From Candidatus Babelota bacterium (GTDB taxonomy: Bacteria > Babelota > Babeliae > Babelales > Vermiphilaceae): 32,000 nt of DNA. Shown piece after piece: positions 7,756 to 15,848 of the stretch. How positions within the stretch are numbered: position 1 is the first letter of the stretch; each line of letters opens with the position of its first letter. The position numbers were made by a program, and so were the translations under genes. A model generated the notes under the pieces. The model was not told the DNA's origin. It did not search any database and saw only the letters and a list, made by a program, of their open reading frames with translations. The DNA is taken from positions 1,140,001 to 1,172,000 of the forward strand of contig JBDHVY010000001.1 in assembly GCA_039809905.1 (NCBI GenBank), in the 5' to 3' direction.

Positions 7756-10137
7756 ATGAATTTTTTTTTAACGGAAAAAAAGAGAGTAGTTACCGCGATT
7801 GGTTTTTGTTTTTATATGGGAGCGCTATTATTTTTACTCATATCTCTTGTATCATATAACGCAACGGATAGTTCATGGTTTTATGTTTCAAGTGATCCGA
7901 AAGATGTTTTTAATCAAGGCGGATTTTTTGGAGCACAACTGGCAGCCCTTCTTTATTATATGTTTGGTGGAGCATCATTTTTATTATTTATCCCATTGCT
8001 CTGTTTGGCATTGATTGTACTGACAGGCAGAACAATCAAGACTGATGGGGAAAGATTTTTTGCAGCATGTTTTTTGGTTTTTATTGGTGCAATGATGCTG
8101 ACCACCTATAGTATTGATTGTGCATGGAGTCCTTATCCTGGTGGAAGGTTAGGATTTTTGGGAGCACAAAAACTATTATATTATTTTGACCCTCTTGGGC
8201 GCATTCTTTTTTTGTATATGAGTTTGTGCGCAAGCCTTATTATTCTTTTTCGTTGGTCGTTCATGTGCATGATTATGTATGTAAGTCGCGCAACAACGAC
8301 TGTTTATGCATTAATTAAAAAGCATCATGTTGTCAGCAAAATAGCAAAAGCAATTGGAGTGTGCCTTTATGCTTTTTGCGTGAGCTTGCCACGCGCTATT
8401 ATGCATTTTTTACAATCACTTATTAATGGAAGGGCTTTTCAAGATACGGGCTTATTGCATCCTGAAGATGATTATGACGGTACAGAATCATATGATGAGC
8501 CATATGAATACATTGCTGCTGTATCTGAAGAAACGCAGTATGATTTTTTTCTGCTTTCTGTACCAAAACAAATTGGGATTGAAAAGAAATTGATTATTGA
8601 TTATGTAGTATTGCATATAAAAAGAGTACCTAAAAAAGAATATACCGAATTACCTCATTCGACTTATTTTGCACGTTCTCCAGAGGTACAACAAAAAAAA
8701 GGATCGTCTACGCTTTCAAAAAAAGTTCCTCATTACAGATTGCCGAATATGGATATTTTCATTGCTGAAAAACACGCAGGTGAAAATCATGATATTGAAA
8801 AAGAGTTGCAAGAACGTGCACGAGTACTTCAAGATAAATTGAAACGTTTTGGAGTAAATGGTGAGGTTGTTGCAATTAAGCGAGGACCAGTTGTAACACT
8901 TTTTGAATATCAGCCAGATGTAGATACAAAATTAAGTAAAATTATTGTGCTAGAAGATGATCTTGCAATGGCATTACAAGCAATGAGCATTCGTATTATT
9001 GCACCAATCCCAGGAAGATCGGTAGTAGGTTTTGAAGTTGCAAATACAGCACGGCACGATGTGCTCTTTTCTCAGATTATTAATGATAAAATGTACACGC
9101 AATTTTCAGGAAGTTTACCTCTTGTTCTTGGTAAAGGAACAATCGGAGAAGCTGTTGTTGTTGATTTGGCTCGTATGCCACATCTTTTAATTGCAGGATC
9201 AACTGGTTCAGGAAAATCAGTAGCGCTTAACGCGATTTTGATTAGCTTATTATGTAAGTTAAGTCCTGATGATTTAAAACTTATATTAATAGATCCTAAA
9301 CGATTAGAATTTGCAGCATTCACTGATATTGCACATTTGCTTTTTCCTATTGTCACCAGCCCGCATCAAGCAGCTCCTGTTTTAAGATGGGTTGTGCAGG
9401 AAATGGAAGAGCGTTATGAAAAAATGGCTCAATGCGGTGCACGTAATATTGCTGACTATATTCTTCGACAGGCTCAAGACAATCGGCAAGAGAAAGATAC
9501 GTATAAACCAATGCCTTATATTGTTGTAGTGATTGATGAATTAGCCGATCTTATGATTACTGCAGGCCGAGATATTGAAGATCTCATTACGCGTATCACA
9601 CAAATGGCACGAGCTGCAGGAATTCATATGATTGTTGCAACACAGCGGCCGTCAGTTGATGTTATTACGGGATTAATTAAAGCAAATTTCCCGAGCAGAA
9701 TATCATTTAGAGTAGCATCACGTATTGATTCTCGAACAATTTTAGACACAATGGGTGCGGATCGATTACTCGGTAGAGGTGACATGCTATTTATTGATGC
9801 ATCAACTTCACAATTGCGTCGTGTGCATGGTGCATATGTTTCTGATGAAGAAATTGAACGCGTTGCAGATCATATTAGAAAAGAAAGAAAAGCAGAGTAT
9901 CTTGATTTGCATCAAGTAACCGCGTTGCAAGGCCAAGATACGCTTTCAGCAGAAGATGATGCATTATATAAGGATATACGAGAATTTTTAGATGGTATTG
10001 ATGAAATATCGATTTCATTATTACAAAGAAAATTTCGTATTGGATATAACAGATCAGCGCGTATTATCGATTTGCTTGAATCACAGGGACTAATTATGCC
10101 GCAAGATGGAAGTAAGACACGAAAAGTAATACGATAA
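7756..10137 (+). CDS. ftsK: DNA translocase FtsK
   Basis: 793 aa. It has N-terminal transmembrane helices, Walker A GSTGSGKS, Walker B VVVIDELADL, ATQRPSVDVITG, and a C-terminal gamma winged-helix domain (LLQRKFRIGYNRSARIIDLLESQGLI). GAGGAG lies upstream of the ATG. Confidence 0.93.
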   Translation: MNFFLTEKKRVVTAIGFCFYMGALLFLLISLVSYNATDSSWFYVSSDPKDVFNQGGFFGAQLAALLYYMFGGASFLLFIPLLCLALIVLTGRTIKTDGERFFAACFLVFIGAMMLTTYSIDCAWSPYPGGRLGFLGAQKLLYYFDPLGRILFLYMSLCASLIILFRWSFMCMIMYVSRATTTVYALIKKHHVVSKIAKAIGVCLYAFCVSLPRAIMHFLQSLINGRAFQDTGLLHPEDDYDGTESYDEPYEYIAAVSEETQYDFFLLSVPKQIGIEKKLIIDYVVLHIKRVPKKEYTELPHSTYFARSPEVQQKKGSSTLSKKVPHYRLPNMDIFIAEKHAGENHDIEKELQERARVLQDKLKRFGVNGEVVAIKRGPVVTLFEYQPDVDTKLSKIIVLEDDLAMALQAMSIRIIAPIPGRSVVGFEVANTARHDVLFSQIINDKMYTQFSGSLPLVLGKGTIGEAVVVDLARMPHLLIAGSTGSGKSVALNAILISLLCKLSPDDLKLILIDPKRLEFAAFTDIAHLLFPIVTSPHQAAPVLRWVVQEMEERYEKMAQCGARNIADYILRQAQDNRQEKDTYKPMPYIVVVIDELADLMITAGRDIEDLITRITQMARAAGIHMIVATQRPSVDVITGLIKANFPSRISFRVASRIDSRTILDTMGADRLLGRGDMLFIDASTSQLRRVHGAYVSDEEIERVADHIRKERKAEYLDLHQVTALQGQDTLSAEDDALYKDIREFLDGIDEISISLLQRKFRIGYNRSARIIDLLESQGLIMPQDGSKTRKVIR

Positions 10138-10165
10138 ATGAGCACAGTTTAAGATTTTCTTCAAT

Positions 10166-10203
10166 CGAGTACCCAACTTAAATGAAATGAAATTTGGGGA
10201 TAA
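10166..10203 (-). repeat. Copy D of the ~38-nt intergenic hairpin repeat
   Basis: The minus strand reads TTATCCCCAAATTTCATTTCATTTAAGTTGGGTACTCG. CCCAA pairs with TTGGG. It lies 29 nt after the ftsK stop codon. Confidence 0.6.
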
Positions 10204-10394
10204 TGTTTTTATTATTTATTGTTACTTGACAAATGTTAAAAAAAAAGCAAATCTTAGTGCCATTGAATAAGCAATAGAAGCGTGTATACGACGCATCAGT
10301 TCATGAGAAAATCTTAATGAAGGGTCTCCATGTGTAATGTAATAAACATGGAGATAAGTTGGTAGTATTTTTTTATTTTCAACGGAGATCATCA

Positions 10395-11804
10395 ATGCGA
10401 TTTGACAAATCTTTTATAATTAAAACATTGCCGGAAGCATCGATTGCATTCGGGCATTTTCCAACAGATGCAACATTTTCTATCGATTCACGCGTATTAC
10501 AAGCGGGAGATATTTTTGTAGCATTGCAAGGCGCAGGCCATGATGGGCATGATTTTGTTGCACAAGCCTTTGAAAAAGGAGCAGCAGGAGCAATCATTGC
10601 TGAATCAAAAAAAGAAATTTTAAAAAAAATAAAAGGCTTAGATACTAAGCTTGTTCTTGTTGTAGCAGATCCATTAGAAGCATTTGTGCAACTTGCAGCA
10701 GCATGGCGTGCACAATTTGAATATCCTGTTATTGCAATTACTGGTTCAGTAGGAAAAACGTCTACAAAAGAAATTCTTGCACAAATTATGTTACATGCGG
10801 GAAAAAAATATCTCGCGTCTAATGGCAATCAAAATACCCGTATTGGTGTTGCTCTTAATATGTTGCGTATGAGACAAGATCATGAATTAGCGGTTTTTGA
10901 AATTGGTATCAGTAAGCGCGGTGAAATGGCAGAGCTTGCATCTTTATTACGACCAACGTCTGCAGCAATTACCAATATTGGTCATCAACATATGGATGGA
11001 CTTGGTTCTCTCAACGATATTGCGCTTGAAAAACGAGATGTTTTTAAATATTTTACCGAAAATAGTATTGGTATCATCAATGGTGACCAGCCAATATTAG
11101 CCCATGTTTCTTACCAACATCCGGTAATCAAATGTGGATCAAAAACAACTAATCAGATCCAAGCTCGAAAAATGAGAGTTGCTGGATCACATATTAGTTT
11201 TGTTCTTAAAATATATAAAAAGAAATATTCTATTGTGCTTGATCATCCTCATGTGGGTGCTGTGTTCAATGTTCTTACCGCAACAGCAGTAGCACATTGG
11301 CTGGGAGTATCTGATGAAGTTATTATTAAGGCAATACAGATGCCATGCGTAGTTGAAGGTCGTTTTGAAGAGCGCATGGTGAATGATAATCGTGGCATAT
11401 TGATTAGTGATTGTTACAATGCTAATCCAGAAAGTATGAAAGCTGCTTTATTGGCATTTCAACAAATAGAGACAAAGTCGCCAAAAATTGCTATTCTTGG
11501 TGATATGCTTGGTTTGGGAGTTAATAGTCCATTCTGGCATAGACAAGTAGGACGCTTTCTGCGCAAAGTTCCTTCATTAAATAAAGTTATTTTAGTAGGA
11601 AACTTGGTTACTTGGGTCAAAAAGACTGCTCCGGTAAGTTTGCGAGTTGAAGTTGTTCCGTCGTGGCAAGATGCGGTTCAAAAAATTGAAAAAGAGCTTC
11701 AATCAAAGCCAGCAATCTTGGTTAAAGGATCTCGCGACATTGGTCTTGATAATTTGGTTTCATTGTTAACAACAAAAAATGGTGTTACGTCATCGGAAAT
11801 ATAG
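10395..11804 (+). CDS. murF: UDP-N-acetylmuramoyl-tripeptide--D-alanyl-D-alanine ligase MurF
   Basis: IDSRVLQAGDIFVALQGAGHDGHDFVAQAFEKGA is typical of the MurF N-terminus. The P-loop is ITGSVGKTSTKE and the signature is DCYNANPESMKAAL. I prefer ATG 10395 (GGAGA 6 nt upstream) over the track start at TTG 10359. Confidence 0.9.
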   Translation: MRFDKSFIIKTLPEASIAFGHFPTDATFSIDSRVLQAGDIFVALQGAGHDGHDFVAQAFEKGAAGAIIAESKKEILKKIKGLDTKLVLVVADPLEAFVQLAAAWRAQFEYPVIAITGSVGKTSTKEILAQIMLHAGKKYLASNGNQNTRIGVALNMLRMRQDHELAVFEIGISKRGEMAELASLLRPTSAAITNIGHQHMDGLGSLNDIALEKRDVFKYFTENSIGIINGDQPILAHVSYQHPVIKCGSKTTNQIQARKMRVAGSHISFVLKIYKKKYSIVLDHPHVGAVFNVLTATAVAHWLGVSDEVIIKAIQMPCVVEGRFEERMVNDNRGILISDCYNANPESMKAALLAFQQIETKSPKIAILGDMLGLGVNSPFWHRQVGRFLRKVPSLNKVILVGNLVTWVKKTAPVSLRVEVVPSWQDAVQKIEKELQSKPAILVKGSRDIGLDNLVSLLTTKNGVTSSEI

Positions 11805-11809
11805 AGTGC

Positions 11810-12745
11810 ATGGACATACTTAATAAAGAAAATGAACAGCTTTTTTATCATAAAACAGTCATGGTTGATGAAGTTTTGGAATACCTTAACCCTCAACCGA
11901 ATGGCTTGTATTGTGATGTGACATTTGGTTCTGGTGGTCATACCAAAGCTATTTTAGAAAAACAACCAGAATGTAATGTTGTAGCGATTGATTGGGATGC
12001 CACATCAATAGAAACATATGCTCCACAATTGGAAGAAAAGTATGGAGACAGACTTCAGATTGTGTGGGGTAATTTTTCTCACTTGTATCGCTTGTTACAA
12101 AAAGCAAAAGTAGGAAAAATTGATGGTGTTCTTGCCGATTTTGGTACATCCCAAATGCATCTGAAAGAACGGGCTGGTTTTTCTTTTTATAGAGATTCAG
12201 AACTTGATATGAGAATGTCACCTGCTCATCAGCAGGTGACAGCTGAGCATGTTATCAATAAAGCATCAGCTGATAAGTTGTGTGAAATTTTTTGGCAATT
12301 AGCGCAAGAAACACAAGCGAAGAAAATAGTTGCTGCAATTATTGAAGCGCGCCAAAGAAAACCAATTCAAACGACGCGAGAATTGGCATTAATTATTGAA
12401 AAGGCTATAGCAAGAGGTGTAAAGCGTTCTGCAAAAATTCATCCAGCTACCAAAGTTTTCCAGGCATTACGTATTTATGTAAATCATGAATTGAATAATA
12501 TAACGGGATTTTTGTCAGGAGCGCTGCAGGTTTTAAAACCTAATGGATTGATACTCTGTATTACATTCCATTCTTTAGAAGATCGTCTTGTTAAACAATT
12601 TTTTAAAGATAAAGCTGATCAGGGAATCCTTGAAATTATTACAAAACGAGTAGTAATACCTACGCCTGAAGAAATTAAAAAGAATCCATCATCACGTTCA
12701 GCAAAGTTAAGAGTTGCTCGATTTATAGGCAATTGCGAGCTTTAG
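11810..12745 (+). CDS. rsmH: 16S rRNA (cytosine1402-N4)-methyltransferase RsmH (MraW)
   Basis: HKTVMVDEVLEYL, DVTFGSGGHT, DFGTSQMHL, ELDMRM, FHSLEDRLVKQFF and NPSSRSAKLRVA are all canonical RsmH blocks. Confidence 0.92.
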   Translation: MDILNKENEQLFYHKTVMVDEVLEYLNPQPNGLYCDVTFGSGGHTKAILEKQPECNVVAIDWDATSIETYAPQLEEKYGDRLQIVWGNFSHLYRLLQKAKVGKIDGVLADFGTSQMHLKERAGFSFYRDSELDMRMSPAHQQVTAEHVINKASADKLCEIFWQLAQETQAKKIVAAIIEARQRKPIQTTRELALIIEKAIARGVKRSAKIHPATKVFQALRIYVNHELNNITGFLSGALQVLKPNGLILCITFHSLEDRLVKQFFKDKADQGILEIITKRVVIPTPEEIKKNPSSRSAKLRVARFIGNCEL

Positions 12746-12882
12746 CGGAGTAAGATGAGATATTTTTAAAAAAAATGTATAAAAAAGCATGTTTATGTTT
12801 GACAAAAATATGTAATGCGATACATTAAAATACGAGCAGTAAAGAAGCAAAAAAACGATACTTATCCTTAAGGATTACAACA

Positions 12883-13176
12883 ATGGAAATAACGGAAGTA
12901 AAAGTATTTCCGGTAACGGATGGCGAGAAGTTAAAGGCTTATGCAACCATCGTCTTTGACAACGCATTTATTATTCGAGACCTTAAAGTTATTGAAGGTA
13001 TTAAGGGATTATTTGTATCGATGCCATCGCGCAAACGCAAAGATGGTACATTCAGAGATGTTGTACATCCGCTTAATCCTGAGACACGAAGTATGATTGA
13101 AGATCGAGTTGTTCAAGAATACAAATCGGTGATGGATCTTGGTGGTGGACAATTTTCATCAATGGATGAAGAGTAG
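12883..13176 (+). CDS. spoVG: SpoVG family protein
   Basis: MEITEVKVFPV...KLKAYATIVFDNAFIIRDLKVIEG..GLFVSMPSRK..DGTFRDVVHPLNPETR matches the SpoVG fold signature. AAGGA lies 8 nt upstream. Confidence 0.9.
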   Translation: MEITEVKVFPVTDGEKLKAYATIVFDNAFIIRDLKVIEGIKGLFVSMPSRKRKDGTFRDVVHPLNPETRSMIEDRVVQEYKSVMDLGGGQFSSMDEE

Positions 13177-13203
13177 TAAATAAAAAAGTTTCACATTTTT
13201 CGT

Positions 13204-13277
13204 TGGGGCGTGGCCAAGCGGTAAGGCAACAGGTTTTGGTCCTGTGATCGGAGGTTCGAATCCTTCCGCCCCAGCCA
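13204..13277 (+). tRNA. tRNA-Gln (anticodon UUG), CCA encoded
   Basis: The acceptor stem TGGGGCG (13204-13210) pairs with CGCCCCA (13267-13273), followed by discriminator G and CCA. The anticodon stem is ACAGG/CCTGT with loop TTTTGGT, giving anticodon TTG. The T-arm is GGAGGTTCGAATCCTTC. Confidence 0.9.
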
Positions 13278-13282
13278 TACTT

Positions 13283-13320
13283 TTAACCCAGTCTCCATTT
13301 CATTTCGACCGGGTACCCGG
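13283..13320 (+). repeat. Copy E of the ~38-nt intergenic hairpin repeat
   Basis: TTAACCCAGTCTCCATTTCATTTCGACCGGGTACCCGG, starting 6 nt after the tRNA-Gln 3' end. Confidence 0.6.
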
Positions 13321-13373
13321 GTGAAGATATAGGATTGGAAATAAAAGTAAAATTACTTTGACGACAAGTTTAT

Positions 13374-13404
13374 AAAAGCCATGTAAATATACATGGCTTT
13401 TTTG
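13374..13404 (+). terminator. Rho-independent terminator after spoVG and tRNA-Gln
   Basis: A perfect 9-bp stem AGCCATGTA (13377-13385) / TACATGGCT (13390-13398) surrounds an AATA loop. It is flanked by A-run and T-run, with TTTTTT following. It ends only about 15 nt before ATG 13420. Confidence 0.8.
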
Positions 13405-13419
13405 TTGTATTTTTATTAA

Positions 13420-14670
13420 ATGATGAATGCTGGTTTAATATCGAAAAATAGGAAAATAATGTTATCGGTTCTATTAATAATGTTATTCGCTTTGCCTTTG
13501 TCTGCAATGGATAAACCATTGGATCAAAAAAAGAGAGCTATTTCAAATATTCTTGAAGTGCGATGTCTTGGTAATGATGCTATTGTAGTTCACACATCTG
13601 TTCGGAAAAAGGATACTCGTAGAGACAATATTTTGTTATATAGTTTTTTTCCTGTTAAAAAAATTCATACGATATTCAGTGGAAAAAAAGATTTAAAGTT
13701 GTTATCTGTCAATTCTCAGCATAAAAAATGTGTTTTTTCTATAATTGATTTAGCTAATCCTGCTTTAGAAAAAATCAATGTATATGATGTTGGAATAAAA
13801 AAAATAAAATCTATTTCCGTCAATATATGTTCTCGAGGGGCTCAATTCATTAATAAAAGTGGTGATATGATCGTTTATGATGTAGATCGGAGCTCTGGAG
13901 CATATGTATTTGATGAACAATTAACATTAAAGCAAATAATGGTGAATTCCTTTAATGAAGAGTTTCGAGAGATATATGATTACCAATTTCAAGATGATAT
14001 GATTATGTCCTATTGTTACGGTAAACAAGCAATTTACTATGGATTAGCTAAAGAAATTGATCAAAATATGGCATGCGATTCATTTTTTACTCAAATTAAG
14101 GCTAAAATGAATTCTTCTATTACCTCTGTAGTAAGAGCTCCCTTGCTTATCTTTTTTTGTAAAAATAAGGCAAGTAATATCATTGATATGAACAAAAAAA
14201 TTGTTAAAAAAGTTCATGATTGCAATCAGATATGGTTATTTGATCTAATTGAGCGAACAAATACAAGCATTGATCATCCGGATTTTATTACTGCTTTAGA
14301 GATTCATCCTAATAAAAAAGTTTTTGTTACTTTATCTTCGCTTGGTCATATTAGCTATATTGATATAGCTCAAAAAAAATGTATTTATGGACCAGAAGAA
14401 GTTAATAAAAAGAATAAGAATAAATTATTATTTTCAGAATGTCAGCTCAATCAAGAATCAGATTTGTTATCTTTTACAGAAAATGGAAAATTTTTAGCAA
14501 TAGCTTTGAAAGATAGCTTTTTTATCAAAAAAGTTCCTTTTGAAGCCCTGTATGGTATTGATTATAAGCGGTTAATGTATATTATTTGTGTGCTAAAAGG
14601 TATAGATGCTCACATGGTTAAAGATATTCGTCAATTAATTACTTTTAGAATTGTTCAACCCTATCTATGA
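13420..14670 (+). CDS. Array member P1: leader-bearing WD40/PD40-like propeller protein, divergent type-2 C-terminal tail
   Basis: The leader is MMNAGLISKNRKIMLSVLLIMLFALPLSA/MDKP. Family blocks are KINVYDVG, ALEIHPNKKVFVTLSSLGHISYID, LLSFTENGKFLAIAL and VPFEALYGIDYKRLMYIICVLKG..VKDIRQLITF. The alternative start ATG 13459 has AGGA 7 nt upstream and would leave room for a promoter after the terminator. Confidence 0.75.
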   Translation: MMNAGLISKNRKIMLSVLLIMLFALPLSAMDKPLDQKKRAISNILEVRCLGNDAIVVHTSVRKKDTRRDNILLYSFFPVKKIHTIFSGKKDLKLLSVNSQHKKCVFSIIDLANPALEKINVYDVGIKKIKSISVNICSRGAQFINKSGDMIVYDVDRSSGAYVFDEQLTLKQIMVNSFNEEFREIYDYQFQDDMIMSYCYGKQAIYYGLAKEIDQNMACDSFFTQIKAKMNSSITSVVRAPLLIFFCKNKASNIIDMNKKIVKKVHDCNQIWLFDLIERTNTSIDHPDFITALEIHPNKKVFVTLSSLGHISYIDIAQKKCIYGPEEVNKKNKNKLLFSECQLNQESDLLSFTENGKFLAIALKDSFFIKKVPFEALYGIDYKRLMYIICVLKGIDAHMVKDIRQLITFRIVQPYL

Positions 14671-14694
14671 AATATTTTACTCTTAAAAAATAAC

Positions 14695-15171
14695 TTATTG
14701 GATTGGTTTACTGTGTTTATTTTGTATTATCATTGAACTTGAAAAAGGTTCAATTCGATCTATAACTACAATGATTTGTGCGTTTATTGCATCGGCTTGT
14801 TTTTGCTTATTTGATGTTTGAGGATCCCCATCAGTGATGGCAATAATGTGTGGATTAATGTTTTTTACTAGTTCTAAGTAATCATTAAAGCCTTCTAGTA
14901 GTGGTAATCCTATGACATGATCAACAGAACGTAATGCTAATAAATTGTGCGCTCGCTCTTCTTGCGTATGAATTGGTACACGTTTTTTGGATTGCATAAT
15001 TCGTTCATCAGGTTCCAATGCAACAACAAGAATATCGCCTAATTCTTTTGCTTTTTTTAAAAACTCAATGTGTCCAAAATGAAGAATATCAAAACATCCA
15101 CCAACAAGAATAATATGTTGTTGTGATGATACTGATATTTTTTTTGTGAGAATATAATGGTGATAATTCAT
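14695..15171 (-). CDS. Cytidylyltransferase/adenylyltransferase-fold (HxGH) nucleotidyltransferase
   Basis: The block ILVGGCFDILHFGHIEFLKKAKELGDILVVAL is the GxFDxxHxGH motif of the TagD / RfaE-II / RibL-like family. At 158 aa the size fits. The substrate cannot be assigned. Confidence 0.7.
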   Translation of the reverse strand: MNYHHYILTKKISVSSQQHIILVGGCFDILHFGHIEFLKKAKELGDILVVALEPDERIMQSKKRVPIHTQEERAHNLLALRSVDHVIGLPLLEGFNDYLELVKNINPHIIAITDGDPQTSNKQKQADAINAQIIVVIDRIEPFSSSMIIQNKHSKPIQ

Positions 15172-15288
15172 AATGGAAAGTATAGACTATTGCTGAGCTT
15201 TACGCAAATAGAGGTGCAATATGATGATTGGCGTTTAAATTGATTATTATAAACCTATAAATATGTATCATAAAAAGGAGAAGATATA

Positions 15289-15710
15289 GTGATTTATGTA
15301 TTTTTATTTTTTACAATTGCTGTATGTTTACATTCTTTTGCTCAAGCGGCGCAGGATAAAAAGATATCTTCTCATACTGTATTTATGAAAAATGTAGCTA
15401 TAAGTGAACCAAAAGATATCCTTATTAAACAAGAATTATTTGGTAAAATTATAGATATCTCTTGCCCTATGGAGATGATGATCTAGAAACTTTTCATCAA
15501 TATCTTTCATTTTCGGCAGATGGGACATTGCTTGCAGCAATATCTCCAAAAACATTGCATCATAAATGTGTAATTTTTAATGTGCCCTATTTTGTTTCAC
15601 ATAAGGAAAACCTCATCTGGTTATTATGGTGTTTGAAGCAATACCTCTATAACGGAAAAATATTACCAAAAGATCTCGTGCATGAGATTTTTAACCAATT
15701 AAAAAACTAA
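15289..15710 (+). pseudogene. Array member P2: internally deleted and frameshifted remnant (leader plus about 40 aa joined to the last blade plus type-1 tail)
   Basis: ORF 15289-15486 (GTG start, AAGGAG 8 nt upstream) reads SFAQAAQDKKISSHTVFMKNVAISEPKDILIKQELFGKIIDIS, which matches the N-terminus of the 20205-21503 protein. ORF 15462-15710, in another frame, reads LPYGDDDLETFHQYLSFSADGTLLAA...IWLLWCLKQY..LPKDLVHEIFNQLKN, which matches that protein's C-terminus. About 300 central codons are missing. Confidence 0.8.
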
Positions 15711-15723
15711 TAAAATAAAGTAA

Positions 15724-15848
15724 CTTGAGTTTCTTTTGCATCAGTGTACTCTTGTAGGCAATAAAAAAGTCTTTTGATATGGTGTTATAAAAAAAACTTA
15801 AACAAGAGCTATACACATGAATATTTTGTATTTTGGTTCAAAATCAAG
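15724..15848 (+). repeat. Intergenic module copy X, plus a duplicated copy of the first ~10 codons of maf
   Basis: The order is CTTGAGT (15724-15730), 17 nt, ACTCTTGT (15748-15755), a ~46-nt loop region, ACAAGAG (15802-15808), then ATG 15817 and aatattttgtattttggttcaaaatcaa. It aligns with 18242-18337 apart from a ~30-nt insertion. Confidence 0.75.

Noticed and set aside
7605-8014. Short plus-strand ORFs (7605-7859, 7799-8014) lie upstream of and overlapping ftsK.
   Set aside because: They are AT-rich low-complexity translations. One overlaps the ftsK N-terminal transmembrane region out of frame, and neither has an RBS. The region is better explained as the divergent promoter and leader DNA of OMP-C and ftsK.
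10379-10828. A 149-aa ORF runs antisense to murF. Similar alternative-frame ORFs occur inside the ftsK, PLC-like, NagZ-like and MCF genes.
   Set aside because: They are entirely embedded in genes with strong family signatures. They have no start context or motifs.
15447-15486. The overlap of the two P2 ORFs might be a programmed ribosomal frameshift site.
   Set aside because: There is no slippery heptamer or downstream structure, and about 300 codons of the family body are missing. Decay is the simpler reading.
15724-15755. CTTGAGT-N17-ACTCTTG in the array intergenic module (also at 18242-18272) resembles the HspR operator HAIR (CTTGAGT-N7-ACTCAAG), and an HspR-like gene lies 9 kb away.
   Set aside because: Only the left half-site is exact. 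The right half is not its reverse complement, and the spacing is 17 nt rather than 7. The third module copy lacks the motif, and the promoter of the hspR-like gene has no such site. The real symmetry in the module is ACTCTTGT/ACAAGAGT.
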